NCBI GenBank assembly: GCA_964035575.1
Contig: OZ037842.1
Span: 1,550,001-1,614,000, forward strand
Direction of reading: 5' to 3'
Source: Rhynchopus sp. YZ270_cl-10
Lineage: Eukaryota
DNA length: 64,000 nucleotides
The first letter of the stretch is position 1. Each line of letters opens with the position of its first letter. The notes under the pieces were generated by a model. The model made no database searches, was not told the DNA's origin, and saw only the letters and a list, made by a program, of their open reading frames with translations. Made by a program: the position numbers and the translations under genes. Below are positions 61,301 through 64,000 of this stretch, piece by piece.

Positions 61301-62603
61301 GAGGGGGGGTCGCAGAGGGGTGCATGTCCACTGTACTCAAAATCATCCGCAAACCCGCCTGCCGTGAGAGGAAGTTTCCCCAGCACTCCCGCTCGCTCCT
61401 CAATCCTGCAGTCTGCTGAAGGTGTACCGTACCCCCTGTTATAGAAGGTGTCACTGCTCGTGTCAACTCTACTTTCAACGGCAGAGAGTTGAAAATAATC
61501 AAAATAAGGATGAAGTCTCATATGACAGATGCCTCTCTTGTACATCTGTTTGATTAAACAACACAAAGAGACCCTCAGTGAGGGGGGATTGATGAAATTC
61601 TCCATCGTTTTGCTGGTTTTAGTATCAGGAAAGTTCAGCTGTAATATCACTTGTGCTGGGGAAGGGATCACGCGCAAATAGCAAATTTTTTTTTGACCAT
61701 TCAGTACCAGGGATTCACCCCACGAACTAACTTCTCTCCGGCGGGAAAATTTTTTTTGACCTATTTTAAGCACTAGTAAAAAAACGAAAATTTCGGGGTT
61801 TTTGGCATTTCGCCACGATCAGGAAAAAACGATGGCGATAGCGAACGCCCTGGAGCTGCGTAATCCCTGCGCGCGAAGCGCAGAAAATTTTTTTTTGAGC
61901 CACCTTTTCCGTTTCTTTTTTTTTTCTTCTGAGCTAGAACCCTGTATGAAACAACTTCACTTTTTTTTTTTTATTTTCTTCGTCATATTTGGGGTTCTCC
62001 TTTGCTCCTACTATGGAAAAACTGATGTGACTGCCACTTCTGTTCGAACTCGAGACCCATCGGTCTCTGGAAGAGAAGAGAATACGATGCGTTGTTCTGT
62101 GCACCTTTCCCCCCCAACAGTGCACCCTCACCCACCCCCTCTCCTCCCTCCTCTTTTCACAAAGTTGTTTTTTTCGTATCATCGCCTCACATTGCAAAAG
62201 GGGGTATCACAACCCCCCTTCAGGCAAATGCGGGGGGAAGGTGGCTTGCTGGTGATTATTTATTTGTTTATTGTTTTGTCAAAAAAAATCCCACACCGCC
62301 GTTAGGCCGCACATTAAAACATGCAGGAAAAGAGAGGAAAAAAAAGAGGACGTTTTTTTTTCTTCTTGCATCCGTTATGTAGATTCACATGAATCACTAC
62401 TATTTTTTATTGAGACGTTTTTCACTTTTTGAAGTTCCTAGTTGCGTTCATTGTATTGCATCAGATGCAAACGAACATCATCTTATTCCAGAAGGCGCCA
62501 CTGAGGGGGTTCATTCCTTAACCAAAGCACCCTCTCTCACCTCAATTTGTCACATCCATACGTTCTCACCTCTTCCTCAGATATTACACACACAAAAAAC
62601 AGA

Positions 62604-64000
62604 ATGGCGTTCTCAGCATGGTTCGGCGTCAGCGTGGTAGGTGTCTTCACGACACTGAAGACATATTTGTGGTGTTTGCTGGTGACACTGTGGAGGATTT
62701 TGCTTCATGAGATCGAGGTTGTGTGGGAATGTGTACGCCCAAAGCGGACGTTTGTTGTGCCGACTGAGAGTGGCAAGGTGCGTGGGTACAAACGTGGTAC
62801 TGCATTGGTGTGCAGAGGTATCCCGTACGCGGACTCCGTGGAAGGTGCTTACCGGTGGAAGGCACCACGCCCTCCACAGCCTTGGAAAGATGTGCGCGAC
62901 TGCAAGAACTTCTCGCCGTGCTTCCCACAGGACCAGACCGGCATGGTGACGTCGTCCTTCTCACTCACGCGCTGTGTGCTCATGGGCATTGCAAAGGGCT
63001 TCCTCCGCATCACCGGCCTCGTACGCAACCACAAAGGCTCCGAAAAAGATGCCCTCACAATCAACGTCTGCTCCCCCTTCAACCACGTCCAGATGACCAA
63101 CAGCGTCAACCCTCCCGCACAGCTTCCCGTTCTCGTTTTTGTACACGGAGGTGGTTTTTACCTAGGCTCTGGTGGGGCGCCCTTCTACAAAGGCAATGAA
63201 ATGACCGAAAAAAACTGTGTTCTAGTAACAATGAACTACCGTCTCGGTGTGGTCGGGTTTTTGAATGTTCCTGGATGTGACACAAACCGGGGGCATCTTG
63301 ATCAGCTCTGTGCTCTGCAGTGGGTGCATGATAACATTGCAAACTTTGGTGGTGACAAGAACAATGTCACTATTTTCGGTGAGTCCGCAGGCGGCATGTC
63401 GTGCGCAAACCTGATGGGGTCACCCCTGCGGAAGACACCCGAAGGGAAGCAGCTCTTTAGGAAGGTCATCTGCATGAGCGGTGCTGCACACAACGTGCAT
63501 TCCCTGCAACGCTCTGAGGAGATCTTCGAAGAGGTCCTGGGCAACCTTCCCAAGGGGAGCACCCGCGAGAGCCTGGACACTGTGCCCTACTCTGTCCTCC
63601 ACTCTGCCATGATGAAGTTCATTTGGAAGCACCGTCGTGCATATGACACCAACCGCGCTGCCGACGTCATCGGCCTGGGCCCGCACATTGACAACCTGGT
63701 GCTTCCCAAACACCCACTGCAGGCGGTGAAGGACGGCGATGCGAATGATCTGATGCTTCTCGCCGGCACCACCAAGCATGAGTACACTCTGTTCACCTCC
63801 TTTCTCCAGCCGCACCGTCCTTTAACTTCGATGCTTCCCGATCGCTTGGAGTCGTGGATGAGCAACACTGCGACATACAACTGTGCACACGACATCTCCG
63901 AAACGAAGCAGCGCCTCCTTGCTGCGTACCTCACATCCGACTATTCGAAGACCTTCCCCGGGTTCACTTACCACAAGGAATACAACGCGGCGGTGACCGA
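62604..64000 (+). CDS. Type B carboxylesterase paralog, 3'-truncated by the window
   Basis: Open frame from ATG 62604 (MAFSAWFG...) with 'RGIPY', 'HGGGFY', 'NYRLG', 'GESAG', 'GTTKHE'. Absent from the ORF track because there is no stop in the window. Confidence 0.9.
   Translation, partial: MAFSAWFGVSVVGVFTTLKTYLWCLLVTLWRILLHEIEVVWECVRPKRTFVVPTESGKVRGYKRGTALVCRGIPYADSVEGAYRWKAPRPPQPWKDVRDCKNFSPCFPQDQTGMVTSSFSLTRCVLMGIAKGFLRITGLVRNHKGSEKDALTINVCSPFNHVQMTNSVNPPAQLPVLVFVHGGGFYLGSGGAPFYKGNEMTEKNCVLVTMNYRLGVVGFLNVPGCDTNRGHLDQLCALQWVHDNIANFGGDKNNVTIFGESAGGMSCANLMGSPLRKTPEGKQLFRKVICMSGAAHNVHSLQRSEEIFEEVLGNLPKGSTRESLDTVPYSVLHSAMMKFIWKHRRAYDTNRAADVIGLGPHIDNLVLPKHPLQAVKDGDANDLMLLAGTTKHEYTLFTSFLQPHRPLTSMLPDRLESWMSNTATYNCAHDISETKQRLLAAYLTSDYSKTFPGFTYHKEYNAAVT

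Noticed and set aside
61135..61773. 212-aa minus-strand ORF
   Set aside because: Runs through homopolymers and repeats, has no recognisable motif, and opposes the gene strand.

Overview
Eukaryotic nuclear DNA, most likely a euglenozoan such as a diplonemid (inferred, not verified). All 17 credible protein genes lie on the + strand, like a polycistronic cluster. Short spliceosomal introns have a near-invariant GTAYG donor and a C/A-rich ...CAG acceptor. Genes include a large HEAT-like protein, CDK5RAP3/C53, a KH-like coiled-coil protein, a frameshifted CUB-like surface protein, a DadA-like FAD oxidoreductase, a degenerate membrane nucleotidyl cyclase, a TPR protein, a UBL-DUF4116 protein, two Cys-rich secreted twins with identical proteins, a SAM-like/sulfotransferase and two type-B carboxylesterases. 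The most unusual signal is non-coding: intergenic regions and some introns are mosaics of at least six families of 30-65 nt hairpin modules. These are almost always in the transcribed orientation, show G-U pairs and compensatory changes, and recur in the same order. Also present: several MITEs, a foldback-like element with mirrored heptamer satellite arms around a pogo-like transposase relic, a hAT-like relic, a hammerhead-like core, and a ~0.4-0.55 kb GT/CA compositional oscillation inside many CDSs. No rRNA, tRNA or CRISPR seen. All homology calls are by eye from motifs; no searches were run.
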